From NCBI GenBank assembly GCA_964016885.1, contig OZ024740.1, forward strand, positions 68,510,001 to 68,574,000: a stretch of DNA of 64,000 bases, in the 5' to 3' direction. The notes beneath the pieces are model-generated. The model had not been told where the DNA came from. It ran no database searches and saw nothing but the letters and a program-made list of their open reading frames with translations. This document shows positions 1 through 12,515 of the stretch, piece after piece (position 1 is the stretch's first letter; every line of letters starts with the position of its first letter). The DNA is from Eledone cirrhosa (lineage: Eukaryota). The position numbers were made by a program, and so were the translations under genes.

Positions 1-64
1 TGGCAAACGAATCGAATATTATTATTAATCTTCGAAAAACTTAGATTACATGTATGCAAATATG

Positions 65-120
<56 letters not shown>

Positions 121-149
121 CGCGCGCGTGTGTGTGTGTGTATGTGTGT

Positions 150-330
150 ATCACGGGTTTAATTGGGGGTATCCACAGTAAGTAAGGTACTGAATACATA
201 ACAGAGTATAAATAGTTATTATGGAAATCGCGTCTACAGGACTAGAACTGTTTCATTCGAAGGAAATCATTCGCTTTCCTGATGATTTCCTTCTAATGAA
301 ACAGTTCTAGTCCTGTAGAAGCCATTTCTA
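150..330. mobile_element. Family A palindromic remnant with hammerhead at 274-322 (+)
   Basis: Inverted repeat 234-270/281-318; CUGAUGA at 279, GAAA-CAG..CUG-UA-GAAG. Confidence 0.75.
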
Positions 331-351
331 TGTTAGATATATATGTATATA

Positions 352-823
352 CAGGGTGCGGCAAAACGATCTGACTTTCGCGAATGCCTTCGACAGTGTG
401 TCGACAATAACGACGGTCTTTAGGTTGATGTAATATTTAAGACAAAATAAAACAAAATGGATTTAAATGTATATTTAAATAGTTACATATCACTGAAATT
501 CGAAGTAGTTGCCACAATCATTTACGTTCAATAATGAGGGCGGTGGATTGGCAGTATCGGTAGAGGATCGGACGCCATGCTTTGACGCATAGAGTTACGG
601 CCCTTGCCATTCTGAGTTCAAATCGCACCGAGGTTAACTTTGCCTTTCATCCTTACGGGGTCGATAAAATAAAGTACCTGTAATGCACTGGGTAATTGCT
701 AGCCTTGTGCAAAAGTAGAAACAATTATATGTATATTTAGAAAATAAAAATACTTTGTTCATTCTTTATTCTATTTCGCTTTTATTAAAGGTACAAATGT
801 GTCAGATCATTTTGCCGCACCTG
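352..823. mobile_element. Tc1/mariner-type MITE with nested SINE
   Basis: TIR CAGGGTGCGGCAAAACGATCTGAC (352) versus GTCAGATCATTTTGCCGCACCTG (801-823); TA at the left end. Confidence 0.75.
537..728 (+). mobile_element. tRNA-derived SINE (body GCCTTTCATCCTTACGGGGTCGATAAAATAAAGTACC)
   Basis: A box TGGCAGTATCGG, B box GAGTTCAAATC; five or more copies in the window. Confidence 0.85.
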
Positions 824-1678
824 AATTTATAAACAAAATACACATTACTTTATTAGAATATAATATCCATTTCGATGTTTTTTTTAATCGTACTAAATTG
901 GTGGAGCCCCAGACAAAATGCTTTCCCTTTACAATTACTTGTTTCTTTATCTTCTAGTTTTATATTTCGCCAGGGTTGACTTTGTCTTTCATTCTTTAGA
1001 CATTGATAAAATAATGTACCCGTTAAAAACTGAGGGTTATCTTAATTGATTATCCTCGCCCCTCAGTAAAACTAAAGATAAAATAAACGCGTGGCTTTTT
1101 GTCTAAGGTAGATATCAATATCATTTCAATGGAGTTTATAAATATTAATATTTTAGATTTTAGGCAAGTTTCCAAATTTTAGATAGTTACATATTACTGC
1201 AAATCGAAGTTGTTGCCAAGATCATTTACGTTCTATAATCCAGAATAACACATCGGGTGTAATATATTGGACAATTTGTGTACAAGTCAAAAATGCATAA
1301 AACATGTAAGCTGTATGCATCCATTAGATCAATACATATATTCATTCTTGGTACGAAATATATTTCTCTTAAGAAATGTGTAAAGTGAATATGAGTTTCC
1401 CTACAGAATTATTAATGTGAATATAAAATACTAGGTGCATCCATGAATATTTCAAATTGTAGTCCACAGTTTCGAACCTATGTGGCTATAATATTGTAAG
1501 GTATATAAATATATATATATATATATAGTCTTCACATAGTCTTCTCTTAATGCATGACCGGCCTTGCACCCACAGCTCAGAATGTCATCTTACTCCGTCC
1601 CATTTGTTCTACACGCCAGTTCAGCCCCGCTATGAAGGAATTAACAATGTACATGATGACATCCCCAAATCAATGACC

Positions 1679-1743
<65 letters not shown>

Positions 1744-1748
1744 TATAC

Positions 1749-1871
<123 letters not shown>

Positions 1872-3149
1872 TTGATTTCTAAAAGATTGTTGGTGTCTAT
1901 TATGTGATGTGGTCATTTAGTATACTGAAGAAGCTAGTTAGACTGTAATAGAAGATGCAATCATTGTTTAACCTCATATCATTCAGCATATCAATGATCG
2001 GGTAATTTATATCTATGAACATATAGTCTTATATATAAACACCTCCTACCGGGAATGATCGAAGCATCATGTCTTATATTCAGATACACTATACCCACTA
2101 CGACATTGTCCTATACATTCTTCAGATTCTTTCCTTTATTTTAAGATAGAAGGGTATGATTTCAAGATGGTTTATATGGTTGTCATATTTTATAGATCAA
2201 GCAAGAAAACTGAGAATAACTTGTTGGCTCACCCAATACAATATTGTGTTGCTTGCCCTTGGTACTGTTTGATGGAGATTTAGCTGCTATATCTATTAGG
2301 TCAATCAACATATTAAAGAACTTCCTCTTTGCTTCGGTTCGATAAGAAATAGTAAGACAGCGTGTATCTTTGAGATTTACCAGAAAAGTAAAATCTGATA
2401 TTTTCTTAATGGAGTAGCATCGAGACAGAGATAAAGATCTTGGAAGAAAACAAAGACAAAGAGACAAAGAATTAATTGATTTTCCAGACAGTTGAAAGAT
2501 GGAAAAGTGTTTAAGCAATTGAATGATTAAAGTTGTATAACATTCAAATGACATTCATTGTTGAACATGAAACTTTTCGTGTTAAAGTACTTCTCTAGTA
2601 CAATTACAAGAAAAGGCCAGACACTAAGTGATACAACAAAATTCAGACAAAATGGTCAAGCATACGATTTAAGGATAATATGAAATATAACACCAAGCAA
2701 ATTATGATATAATCGTCTTGAAATGAAACGATGCAAAATCATGACAAGCGGAACATAGAACTTTGGTTGGCATGGTTTAGATTAAGGAAATGTGATGGGA
2801 AGTGAAAATTACGAGTGAAGCAAGTTAGTAGCTTGTAGCTTGTTTCCAGCTCACTCAGTGTGAAGTATAAATGGATACGAAGCTGCTAATCATTATTTTC
2901 CATTACTTCCACTGCGATGACTATGAAATCTGAGTGGTCTAACGTCCATGATTTTCACTAGGCTGAATTAATTATTTTATTCATTTTTTTTCCAGTTTCC
3001 AGTACTTAAAACGCAGCTTTGCTAGTGGAATGCCTTCATTTAGCTGATTTGATTCACAATGGTACTCATGTTTTCAAGTCTGGTATTTATGTTAGTGATT
3101 TCTTCATTGTAGAACCGATAAGTTTCAAAACATAGCCACCGACCCAATC

Positions 3150-3283
3150 GTAGACACAAATATTGACAAACATATTAGTCAAGGCGAGGTGCTATAGCAG
3201 GAAAGGCGTGCCCTACGTGCCGCGCAGTGTGACTTGAACCAGAACCACGTGGTTGCGAAGCAAACATCTTAATCATACAGCCT
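3150..3283 (-). mobile_element. Decayed tRNA-derived SINE (CORE-like)
   Basis: Reverse complement ggctgtatgattaag...gtggttctggttcaagtc (A/B boxes) followed by ggcacgtagggcacg..ctatagc. Confidence 0.6.
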
Positions 3284-3595
3284 AGATTGGGGCTAATGAA
3301 ATAGTTGAAAGAAACACATGAGAAAACTATCGAATATTCACACACCCAGTGAGCCATATCAACAACAATGGACGGTATCGAAAAGAAAGGTGAGACAGTA
3401 TTCACTCGCCCTCTCCCCAAAGCAGATGAATGTATGAGAGTTTAAGAGAATATTTTGTAAATATATAAGAGTTTGAAATTCGCACCCTTTTCGTTATCAC
3501 AATTTATTTCAATCATGTCGTTGAATGATTATACTACATATCTCCACCACTAAATATCACTATTTTATGTCGTCATCGTCGTAGTTTTCTTCTTC

Positions 3596-3687
<92 letters not shown>

Positions 3688-3689
3688 GT

Positions 3690-3836
3690 TGTTATTCCTT
3701 GAATCTCAGTCATTGATGTTGGTTAACTGGAAAGTCCGTTGGAATGAATATCAAGCCACTACCTGCAGCCTCAGATATTCAGTACGTATCGGAGGGTTCT
3801 TGCTGTTCCAAGCAAGAGTGCCTTTTGAAGCGTTCA
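3690..3836 (-). mobile_element. Short 3'-end copy of the same Dong/R4-like element
   Basis: Near-identical to 3900-4045 (ttccttgaatctcagtcattgatg...ccttttgaagcgttc), flanked by (TTA)n on both sides. Confidence 0.9.
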
Positions 3837-3837
3837 A

Positions 3838-3871
<34 letters not shown>

Positions 3872-3899
3872 CATTATTATTATTATTATTATTATTGTT

Positions 3900-6110
3900 T
3901 TTATTCCTTGAATCTCAGTCATTGATGTTGGTTAACTGGAAAGTCCGTTGGATTGAATATCAAGCCACTACCTGCAGCCTCAGATATTCAGGACGTATCG
4001 GAGGGTTCTTGCTGTTCCAAGCAAGCATGCCTTTTGAAGCGTTCCAAAAAGCGTGAAGCGGCCGATTTTCTTTAACCATCCCTGGAAACTTTTGGAGATA
4101 GTCCCCAGTGCGCCTATGACAATCGGGATCACTTTGACTTCATGGCAGTTCCAAATCCTTTTCACCTCCCACTTTAGGTCCTGGTATCGGTTAATTTTCT
4201 CCCTCTCCTTCTCTTGCACTCTCGTGTCGAACGGGCAGGCCACATCCACAATCAGACACGATCTTTTTTCTTTGTCCACAACCACCAGGTCAGGTCTATT
4301 GTGTTCCAGTTTCTTGTCCGTCTGTATTCTAAAATCCCACAGCACCTTCACCTGATTGTCCTCCATCACCGCCTCTGGCCTATGCTCATACCATTTCTCA
4401 GAATGTGGTAGATTGTTTACTTTGCACAGGTGCCAGTGGATCACCCTGCCCATCACATCGTGTCTCCAGCCCTTATAGTGGGTCTGGGCTAGGTGTTTAC
4501 ACTCGGACACAATGTGAGCCACAGTCTCCTCTCTCTCTCCACAGATCCTGCACAGTGGGCTAGCCTCCTCCTTATAAATATGGTGCTTCAACCACTTCGT
4601 TTTGAGGGCCTGCTCCTGCGCAGCCATTAGCATTCCTTCTGTAGCCTTGTTGAGGTCTCCTCTTCTCAACCAGTTCCATGTCTGTGGATCTCTAAATTCA
4701 GTTTTCTCAAAGAAGGTACTATGAAGGGATTTTCGCTTAAGGCTGCTCTTCCTCCTTGATGTTATTTCCTCCTTGGACATCCCCTGGCCTACTGTCCCCT
4801 CCTTCAGTACAGTTCTGAGCATTGGCTCCTTACTATAGGTCACGTATTTGTATAGGTTGTTTTTCTCCATCTGAACACAGTCCTCTATGCTGATAAGACC
4901 TCTTCCACCCTCAGATCTCCTTAGGTAGAGTCTATCGACATCACTCCTCTTGTGGAACATGTTGTAGATAGTCAATAGCTTCCTAGTCTTCCTATCCATT
5001 TCTTTTTGTTCAGCAACATTCCATCTCAGAATTTCCGCACTGTACCTAATAATAGACACAGCTCGGGAATTTACTGCGCTTATGGCATTTCTGCTGTTCA
5101 GATGTGACTTCAATACGCTCCTTACTCTCCGAATGTATTCAGTTCTTAACAATTCCTTCATTTTTTTGTTCTTTATGCCATCAGCCTCCAGAACGCCCAA
5201 ATACTTGTATCCTTCCTCAGAGTCAATTTTCTTTATCATCTCACCTGTTGGTATCTGGATCCCATTACTTCTGTTCAACCTACCCCTCCTCATCACAATG
5301 ATTCCACATTTACCAATACCAAACTGCATACATATATCACTGCTGAAAATACGGACAGTGTCAACAAGCACATCCAACTCCTTCTCACTTTTCCCGAAGA
5401 GCTTAAGATCGTCCATGAAGAGGAGGTGATTGATGGTAAGCTCTCCCCTTCCCAACTTGTATCCTGCTCTCACTTTTCGCAGCATAATGGTCAAGGGCAT
5501 CAGGGCAAGGACAAACAACAGAGGGGACAGGCTATCTCCCTGGAAGATACCTCTCTTGATCTTCACGCTTCCCAAGGATACTCCAGTTGATGTCAACTCT
5601 GTCTCCCAGGACCCCATACTCCTGCCTAGCAACTGTCTGATGTTATCTGCCACCCTGAAGATCTCCAGTCTTTTGGTGATCCAAGAATGAGGCACCATGT
5701 CAAATGCCTTTCTGTAGTCTATCCATCCCATGGCAAGATCAGTGTGTCTCCTCCTGCAATTCTCCATTACCATCTTATCAATAAGTAACTGGTCCTTTGT
5801 AACACGTGACTTCTTTCGGCATCCCTTCTGTTCGTCCGGTAACAAGTTGTTTGTGTGGAGGTGATGGCAGATTTCCTCAGACACAATGCTCGTCAACAGT
5901 TTCCACATTACGGGCAGACATGTGATAGGTCTATAGTTGGTAACATCATTACCCTTGGTTCGGTCTTTCATTATCAGAACTGTGGTACCTTTTGTCAACC
6001 ACTCTGGCACCTCACCCGACACCAAGCAGTCATTGAACATGGCCGTCAGCTTCGGGTGGAGGGATGTTAAATGTTTAATCCAATATCCCTGCACACCATC
6101 TGGGCCTGGT

Positions 6111-6111
<1 letters not shown>
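3900..6111 (-). mobile_element. 5'-truncated R4/Dong-like RLE non-LTR retrotransposon inserted in (TAA)n
   Basis: ORF with RT motifs (PGPDG, NYRPITCL, IDYRKAFDMV, GIFQGDSLSP, LFMDDLKL), CCHC knuckle (CRICGEREETVAHIVSEC) and RLE nuclease (RPDLVV..IVDVACP..EKINRY); short 3' UTR then (AAT)n; 5' junction also in (AAT)n. Confidence 0.92.
3980..6111 (-). CDS. RT + CCHC + restriction-like endonuclease of Dong/R4-like element (uninterrupted but lacking native N-terminus)
   Basis: Frame open from TPGPDG (6111) to RYVLNI* (3980); residues upstream in the ORF track come from microsatellite and the Tx1 5' UTR. Confidence 0.85.
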
Positions 6112-6145
<34 letters not shown>

Positions 6146-6355
6146 GACGAAAGTGGATGTACGTTTTTTGAAGCTCCGTGAGTAAGCAATTTTTTGAGGA
6201 TTAATTGTGGAGAATTGTTTATTTTTTTGTACCGCTGAAGCATTATAAGACATTCATTTGTATCCTGTGAAGGAATAACTCATAATATTTGGGCCTTTTG
6301 GCCCAAATATTTGAACTTTACTTTGGAAAAATAATAATTTTTTTCTCAAAAAAAC

Positions 6356-8268
6356 ATGGCGGAGCCACGCCCCCTAGAGGCGGGTCTGCTGTCGTGCAAC
6401 GGCGACTTGAGCGTTGAGAGGAGAGGTGGGGCGAGGAGCGCCACCACCACGAGTGTGAGCAGCGACAGTGCCAGCACCAACGGGCCGAGCGGCGCGGAAG
6501 GTGGTAACAGCGACCACACCAACACCAACAAGCCGAACAGCGCAGAAGGTGGTAATAGCGAGAGCACCAACAAAACGAACAGCACAGAGAGTAATAGTAG
6601 CGACAGCAGCAGCACCAACAAGGCCAACAGCACAGAGGGTAACCACGACACAGGGGAGAACAACAACAGCAATAGCAGCAGCAACACCAACAAGAACAAC
6701 AAAAGTGACAACACCAACAAGAACACCTTCGCTGCTGTGGCAGCGGCTAAAAGGAGACCATGCTACAGCATCGACTTAACCAACAGAGAGGAAAAGTTGG
6801 CCCAGGCCTGGAAAATCATAAATCAAGAGCAGACCTGGGCAAACTTAACTGTCCCGGCAGAAGCCATTGAGGCAGTGGAAAAAAGAACGGTGCATTTCAG
6901 ATGCATCTCAGTAGAGACAAAGAAGGCAGCGATAATCGCCCAAGCTGATATAGAAGCCGCACTTAAATACATCAGAGAGGACACAGACTTCATAGAGAGG
7001 GGCAGGCAATACGGCACCGTTTCGGTGCTGTTCAAGTCTGAAGCCCTCGCTGTGAAGCATTCAATGACCCCTTACAAAACCAGCAAGGTCATAATGTACC
7101 CCTCCCACATGGGAAAACGAATAGCACGTGTGCGCATTCCCAGGATTCCACCAGGACTTGATATGTGGTGGATCCTGGGTTGCGTAATCGTGGAAGGAAC
7201 GGATACAGTCCCGGTACAGGCAACGAGAACTGCCAGGGACGACTGGTCCGGGGTTGATCTGGAGATACTGCTCCAAATCAGACCCGAAAACGTAAAAGCA
7301 ATCCCGGACCACATCCGCCTCCAAAACGGGAGGGTGTTGCATATAATGACTGAGGGCAAAAGGCCGCATTGTTTCCTTTGTGGGGAAACGACACACTTGC
7401 GAGCCTTCTGCCCTCAACTGCCGAAAAGCGCAAGGGGTCGAAAGATTCCACTGCTGGCGACGCCGGGACAAGGACCACCAGCAACACCGTCAACAATGGA
7501 ACCACCAAAATTGCACACCCAGGGGGGAAACGAGGAAAGCTCTCCCATTCCCCCCCCCCCCCCCGAAATACACACACGAACAAGAACATAAACACTCACT
7601 CAGACACAAACACGCTCACAGCCACAGACCCCTCATCCTCCAGCAGTGAAGATGAGGGAAAACCAAAGTCCCCCAAAATACAAAAAACAAAACACAAAAA
7701 AAAAAGAAATCCACAAAGCACAAACACCCCCACAAAAAAAAATACACACACCACCCACACAAACATTTTCCCCACAGCATCACCAACACAACCACCAAAA
7801 TCCCCCAAACGCAAACAAGCTAAACAGACACAAGAACAAATAGACACACAAACATCAGAAACTACAGACACCCCACCCACAACAAACGCAGACACAATAG
7901 AAACAACACTAACAAAGCTATCACCACCACAATCACACGAACAAATAAAACCCGAGCAACAAAACATTAAAAACTTCGTGCTTGCCAGAAGGGCCAACAA
8001 GGAATTGATGGCCCATGTAGCACGAAGCACAAACATCGAAAAAGAGGGGGAAACATTTGAAGCGAGCACATTTCGCGTACCAGATAATTTGCTTCTGATG
8101 CGAATGTCGCTCGCTTCATACAAAGAAATTCGAAAGAGCTTTCCTCGGGATGTGGGAACCCCGAACGTAAAACCCACTTCAAGACTATTAAAGGGGTTCC
8201 CAAAAGAAACCCCACAAACCATGGAGGTCGAACCACCCGACCTTCACAAGACCCCGGAAGGTAAGTAA
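6356..8268 (+). pseudogene. Tx1-A ORF1 (N/S/T-rich N-terminus, CCHC zinc knuckle, T/P/K-rich tail), frameshifted at poly-C
   Basis: 6356-7591 carries CFLCGETTHLRAFC; continues in the 7369-8268 frame after the C run at 7550-7564. Confidence 0.85.
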
Positions 8269-8297
8269 ACCTTTCCTCTCCCATTCATCCTGCCAGC

Positions 8298-11200
8298 ATG
8301 GCCATAAGAGTAGGAAGTTTAAATGTTCGTGGCCTGGGGTCGCCCAGGAAGCAAGGTCACTTGCTCAACGACCTCAGGTCACTAGGAATGGATGTAATTG
8401 CCATCAGCGAGACCAGAATTTCCGACACACGCGCACTGGCGCCGATTTTCGACGATTATCAGATCTTTGCATCTGTTAGTCGGCCGGGAATGGGAGGTGG
8501 AGTGGCTGTGCTGTTTAGGAAATGTCTGGATCTCGAGGTAAGGTCAATCTTCCGGGATCCTGACGGAAAGTTGGTGGTCCTGGACGTGAGCAATAGCGAA
8601 GGTGGTGCCTTTAGACTGGTGGCCGTCTACGCCCCTACTGGGGCCGGTCGGCCGGACTTCTTTAGGCGCCTGGAAATCTTTCTGCTTACGTCTCGCCCTT
8701 TACTGTTAATAGGGGATTGGAATGGCATCTTAGAAGCACGCTGGGATTGTGTGGGAGTATCTGATAGGAGCGGGGGGTGCAAAAGACTCAAGTACCTGAT
8801 CAGCCAGTTTCAACTGTCTGACAGGTACCGACTAGATTTCCCTAATGCGCCAGTATGGACCTGGACCAATCGCATAGGGTCATCTAGATCGTACATAGAT
8901 AGGATTTTCATTAGGAAAAGAGATAGAAATAGTGTAGGATGTCCACATTTTAAAACGGTTGCCTATTCAGATCACAAGCTTGTGATCTGTATGGTCGACC
9001 TAGACAAGACACGTAGGTTAGGACCCAGCTACTGGAAGCTAAACATGTCGTTTCCGGCACGTAAAGCTTACAGGGACCGGGTCAACAACTTAGTTAAGCA
9101 AAAGTTGACAGGGGGGGTTGTCAACAACAGGTGGTGGGGGGCTCTCAAAAGAGAGATTAGAGCAACCTCGATAGGATTTAGCAAAGAAGTAGCAATAGAG
9201 AAAAATAGAAAGGAGGAGGGGCTGATAGCTAAGTTAGACGAGGCTATTTGTAGTGGCATTGCAACAGACGTGCTAGCGGCGAGAATGGCACTAGACCATT
9301 TCTTCAATGCGAAACACGAAGGTTGCATTGTCAGAGCTAAGGCGCGTGCTCTGAGGAACGAGGGAACCGAAGCTGCCCGATGGGCTCGCTTTGCAGAGAC
9401 GCAGCGTGGAAATAAAACCACAATTCGGTCTTTGACGGATCGAGATGGACACGAACTGAGCGATTCCAAGCAGATGTGTGAGGCCTTTCGCCAGCACTTT
9501 GCTCGATTGTTCGGGAGGATGGGTGAGTCGGAGACGGCGGCGGACTTCAGTCCCTACCTCGACGGCTTGCCACGCCTCTCGACGGCCGACGCTGAGCGCT
9601 GCGAAGAGCCGATAACATCAGTCGAAATTCAGGACGCCCTTGTCGGCTGCTCGAGTCGCAAGTCACCCGGTTTGGATGGTCTGCCCTACGAGCTTTACGT
9701 AAATATGCCAGACTTGTTCTCCGATCTCCTCCAAGCGCTCTACTGCAACTGGCAGCAGAACGGGAGCATTCCCAGTTCTGTGAGCCGTGGCGTAGTGACG
9801 CTGATAAGGAAAGACGAGAACAAGAGGGACACACTAGATAATTTCAGGCCCATAACCCTGCTCAACACAGAGTTTAAGATTTTGGCCAAGGTGTTAGCGA
9901 AAAGGTTGGCGCTTGTCGTCAAAGATTTGGTTGGGGAGGCGCAAACTTGCGCAATCCCGACCAGGTTCATACACGATAACCTCCACCTCATGCGATACAT
10001 CATAGAGAGGGTTGGGTGCAAACCTGGCTTCGGTGGGGCTCTGATCAATTTAGATCAATCGAAAACATTCGATAGGGTCGACCATCGGTACTTGGAGGCT
10101 GGCCTCGAGGCGGCTGGCTTCGGCCCCGTCTTCAGAAGCTGGATCACTGCAATGTACAGCGGCATCTGCTCGGTGGTCAAAGTTAATGGCCACCTCTCGG
10201 AACCGTTTCAGATCTCTCGATCGGTCCGTCAAGGGTGCCCTCTCTCCTCACTTCTGTACGTATTGACTCTTCAGCCTGTACTGCGGAAGCTGGAGTTGTT
10301 GCAGGGCATCCCGCTCGAACCGGGACGTAGAAAGGCTGCGTCCGCTTATGCGGACGACATCACCGTGATGGTGTCGGACACCTAGGAAATCGAGGTGATC
10401 CGCACCCATTTGGAGGAATATGAAAGGTTGACGGGAGCAACATTTAACCCGGAAAAGTGGGTGGGCTTGCAGCTCGGCACCTGGAGAGGCAAGTCCATGC
10501 CGTCCAACAGCGTCGTTGGGCGCTGGACAGACGGACCGGTAAAGTTGCTCGGGGTTTGGTTCGGACCAGACCTCCAGGTGGATAAGAATTGGGACGAGGT
10601 GACGAGCAGGATAGCCAACCTCACCCAGAAATGGGCTGAGAGAAAGCTATCACTGAAAGGGCGGGCGGAGGTGGCGAACGCGTACATCGCGTCCGTCATC
10701 TACTACCGCCTGACCGTCGTGCCTTTCCCCCGTCCACGCCTCGCCAATTTGGAACGGCTCCTTTTCAAATTTGTGTGGAGGGGACGGGTCCCGTTGGTGA
10801 GGCGGTCCATCTGCTGCCAGCACCCTCTTTGTGGAGGGCTGGGCATGCCGTGGCTAATGATGCGCAGACATGCGCTGAGGCTGCGACATCTCCAGATATT
10901 TTGCCTAAACGGTGAACAGGTGTGGTCGCCGTTTGTTAGACGGGCCTTCCCGCAGCTCATCTCTTTGACTGAGCTGCAGTCCTGGGTCAAGAGAGACCGA
11001 GACTGGGCGACTGGCATCTGGAATGTTGCAGGCGCTCACTGCACTCTGCAAGGTGGGCAATGCGGTCAGTGGAACTTCCACTCAAGATTTCTATAGAGGA
11101 TTAGTGGAGGGCAAGTACGATGACGTACTAGGAGAGGCTCTAGGCGTCAACGAAGTAGAACTGACCAGTATGTTCCGGAGGACTTTCAAGCCGGGGACGA

Positions 11201-11715
11201 TGGATAACTTCCAGAAATCCCTCGCTTGGCAGTGCTACCGGGGGGCGCTGCCGGTTCGAGATAAACTCTACAGGCACGGAAGTGCTGTCAGACGAACCTG
11301 TCCGAGATGCGCACAGAGCGACGAAACCGTTCTGCACGCACTCGTCCAGTGTCCGTGCATTGCTGACTTGTGGGGTTATGTCGAACAGCTATTGTCGCGT
11401 GTAGAACGGATCCGGCTATCGTCCGAGTCCATAGTGAAGATTGACCCGCCGCATTCTTTTGGTCAGGAAGGGCAGGCAATTTTCCTCTGCCTGGTGGCAG
11501 TAGCGAAAGAGGTTGCATGGTGGACCAGGTTTAAAGGACTGAAGACAGACACTTTTCTCTTCGGCCAATCCCTCATCAACTTCTTCAAGTTTCATTTGGA
11601 AAGGAAGGTGAGGGTGGAGAGAGAAGTGCTGTCCCCCAGTACATTTACTGAAAGGTGGGTGAATGTGGCGAGAATGGCCCGCGTGAGTGGGCCTACTCTG
11701 ATCATGCGCCTGTAG
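8298..11715 (+). pseudogene. Tx1-A ORF2 (APE endonuclease, RT, C-terminal CCHC) with stop at 10383 and a frameshift near 11000
   Basis: SLNVRGL, ISET, VYAP, GDWN, IDRIF, SDH (APE); PGLDG, RPITLL, DQSKTFDRV, RQGCPLS, YADD (RT); CPRC..ETVLHALVQC. Confidence 0.92.
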
Positions 11716-11966
11716 GCTGGTGAATTCGAGAAGGAGAGGGCTGCCCTTCCCGGGTGCCCTAGGAGCGTCGGGTGGCTCAGGACTGGTGGGGTGCTTGAGT
11801 CAACCCTGGGTGGTGATCCCTCTTATTGGGGAACTTTCATTGTTGTATTTTTATTGTTATTTTGTTTTTGTTATCTATACCTTTACTCGATGTCTATGTA
11901 AACCCCCACTGTCCCTTTCTATTGTGTTGTCCCCTATATGTCGGCCCTTGTGGCCAATAAATGAAA

Positions 11967-12001
<35 letters not shown>

Positions 12002-12515
12002 GTTCTTTGAGTCTCAGTCATTGATGTTAGTTAACTGGAAAGTTTGTTGAAATGAATATCAAGCCACTACCTGCAGCCTCAGATATTCAGGACGTATCGG
12101 AGGGTTTTTGCTGTTCCCAGCAAGCATGCCTTTTGAAGCGTTCCAAAAAACGTGGCGGGGCCAATTTTCTTTAACCATCCATGGAAACTGTTTGAGATAG
12201 TACCTAGTGCGCCTATGACAATCGGGACCTCTTTGACTTCATGGCAGTTCCAAATCCTTTTTACCTCCCACTTTAAGTCCTGGTATCTGTTAATTTTCTC
12301 CGTCTCCTTCTCTTGCACTCACATCCACAATCAGGCACGATCTTTTTTCCCTGTCCAAAACCACCAGGTCAGGTCTTATTGTGTTCCAGTTTCTTGTTCG
12401 TCTGTATCCTAAAATCCCATAGCACCTTCACCTGATCGTTTTCTATCACCGACTCTGGCTTCTGCTCATACCACTTCTAAGAATGTGGTAAATTGTTTAC
12501 TTTGCATAGGTGCCT
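12002..12515 (-). mobile_element. More diverged 3' fragment of Dong/R4-like element (RLE C-terminus + 3' UTR)
   Basis: Encodes EKINRYQDLKWEVKRIW...RYVLNI*; about 20-bp internal deletion near 12320; its (TAA)n tail hosts the Tx1 element. Confidence 0.9.

Larger units (their letters stand above)
6146..11968 (+). mobile_element. Full-length Tx1-clade (L1 group) LINE 'Tx1-A' inserted in (ATT)n
   Basis: 5' UTR starting GACG, ORF1 (CCHC), ORF2 (APE-RT-CCHC), 3' UTR ending AATAAA(11956)-TGAAATC; (ATT)n on both flanks (6113-6145, 11969-12001). Confidence 0.93.

Noticed and set aside
1920-2035. Possible long-stem hammerhead (CUGAAGA...GAACAUAUAGUC)
   Set aside because: GAAA incomplete and stem II closure unconvincing.
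8261-8296. Mini-intron fusing ORF1 to ORF2
   Set aside because: Removing 36 nt (A) or 33 nt (B) leaves ORF2 out of frame in both elements, and the length is probably below the spliceosomal minimum.
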